Sequence record: PP496444.1 | DNA length: 64,000 nt | Reading direction: 5' to 3' (one strand) | In this document: in pieces, positions 63,538-64,000 of the stretch | Layout: every line of letters begins with the position of its first letter | Numbering within the stretch: the stretch's first letter is position 1 | Notes under the pieces: generated by a model | Told to the model about the DNA's origin: nothing | The model's database searches: none | The model's input: the letters and a program-made list of their open reading frames with translations, nothing else | Made by a program: the position numbers and the translations under genes

Positions 63538-63697
63538 CGCAGTGAAGTACAAGGATCACGGGTATCTTGCTCCGGGTAGCCGTGCGTTTGAACTCTACCA
63601 CGACAAATCCGACAAAGGCCACAAGTTGCTGGATCAGCACATGGCCGAGGTGGATGCCGCGTGGCGTAAACTGGAGGGGCGCAAGAATGGAAAGTAA
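63527..63697 (+). CDS. Small hypothetical protein (56 aa, below ORF-track cutoff)
   Basis: GGAGG SD; my translation MYRSAVKYKDHGYLAPGSRAFELY...GRKNGK; overlaps both neighbours. Confidence 0.55.
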   Translation: MYRSAVKYKDHGYLAPGSRAFELYHDKSDKGHKLLDQHMAEVDAAWRKLEGRKNGK

Positions 63698-63977
63698 CAT
63701 TGTCCCTCTCAAGTCGGTTGCCCTGAGAAAGGCAGTAAAAGAAATCCGGGGGAGTATCCCTGAGATAAATGAGAGATTGTATCGACTAGAACAGGATGTA
63801 CGATCTTTGTCGGTCCTTATCTGGGGTACATCACTAGAGCAACGGGACACTAACATCAATTCTGCTATCGGGAACATACGAGAGGCTCAATGGCGATTGG
63901 GACTGTTTCTAGAAAATGGATTCACACCTAGCGACTTCCCCGTACTCGACATCAAAGGTGACGACGATGAAAGCTAA
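63687..63977 (+). CDS. Hypothetical coiled-coil protein
   Basis: GGAGG SD then ATG 63687. Confidence 0.55.
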   Translation: MESNIVPLKSVALRKAVKEIRGSIPEINERLYRLEQDVRSLSVLIWGTSLEQRDTNINSAIGNIREAQWRLGLFLENGFTPSDFPVLDIKGDDDES

Positions 63978-64000
63978 TCTAGCCAAGGTAAAGTCCATCA

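Overview
This is a 64-kb segment of a large (jumbo-type) dsDNA tailed phage genome. It is GC-rich, densely coding and almost entirely on the + strand; only a GH19 endolysin and one neighbour at about 56.2-57.2 kb are on the - strand. The NrdA/NrdB types, DUF3309 and two-domain QueD-like gene suggest a proteobacterial host (Pseudomonas/Burkholderiales-like). The divergent terminase-portal-protease block recalls RSL1/Lu11/PaBG-type jumbo phages, but this is inferred from memory, not a search. Layout: 1-10.4 kb head morphogenesis (TerL, portal, repeat-containing head proteins, prohead protease; no major capsid gene seen). 10.4-15 kb, 30-35 kb and 48-51 kb are sigma70-promoter-driven, probably early genes with a shared leader motif. 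15-30 kb holds an SLT, QueD-like, nrdA, HNH, a degenerate nrdB paralog, nrdB, thyA and a Gp49/Acb4-like gene. 35-48 kb holds Mre11/Rad50-like nuclease genes, a DnaX-like clamp loader, DHFR, an HD nucleotidase, an NDT-family gene and a dimeric dUTPase. 51-64 kb is mostly hypothetical genes plus a MazG-like gene and the endolysin. Most notable: (1) a circularly permuted tRNA-like (YrlA/Y-RNA-like) RNA at 32067-32182, apparently co-transcribed with an acidic helical-repeat protein; (2) a metal-ligand-less NrdB paralog that keeps the NrdA-binding tail, a possible phage analogue of yeast Rnr4 or an RNR decoy; (3) a Tudor-like module shared by a head-cluster protein and an early protein; (4) several phage-specific dispersed regulatory motifs. 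All family calls are by eye and were not checked with HMM or BLAST searches.
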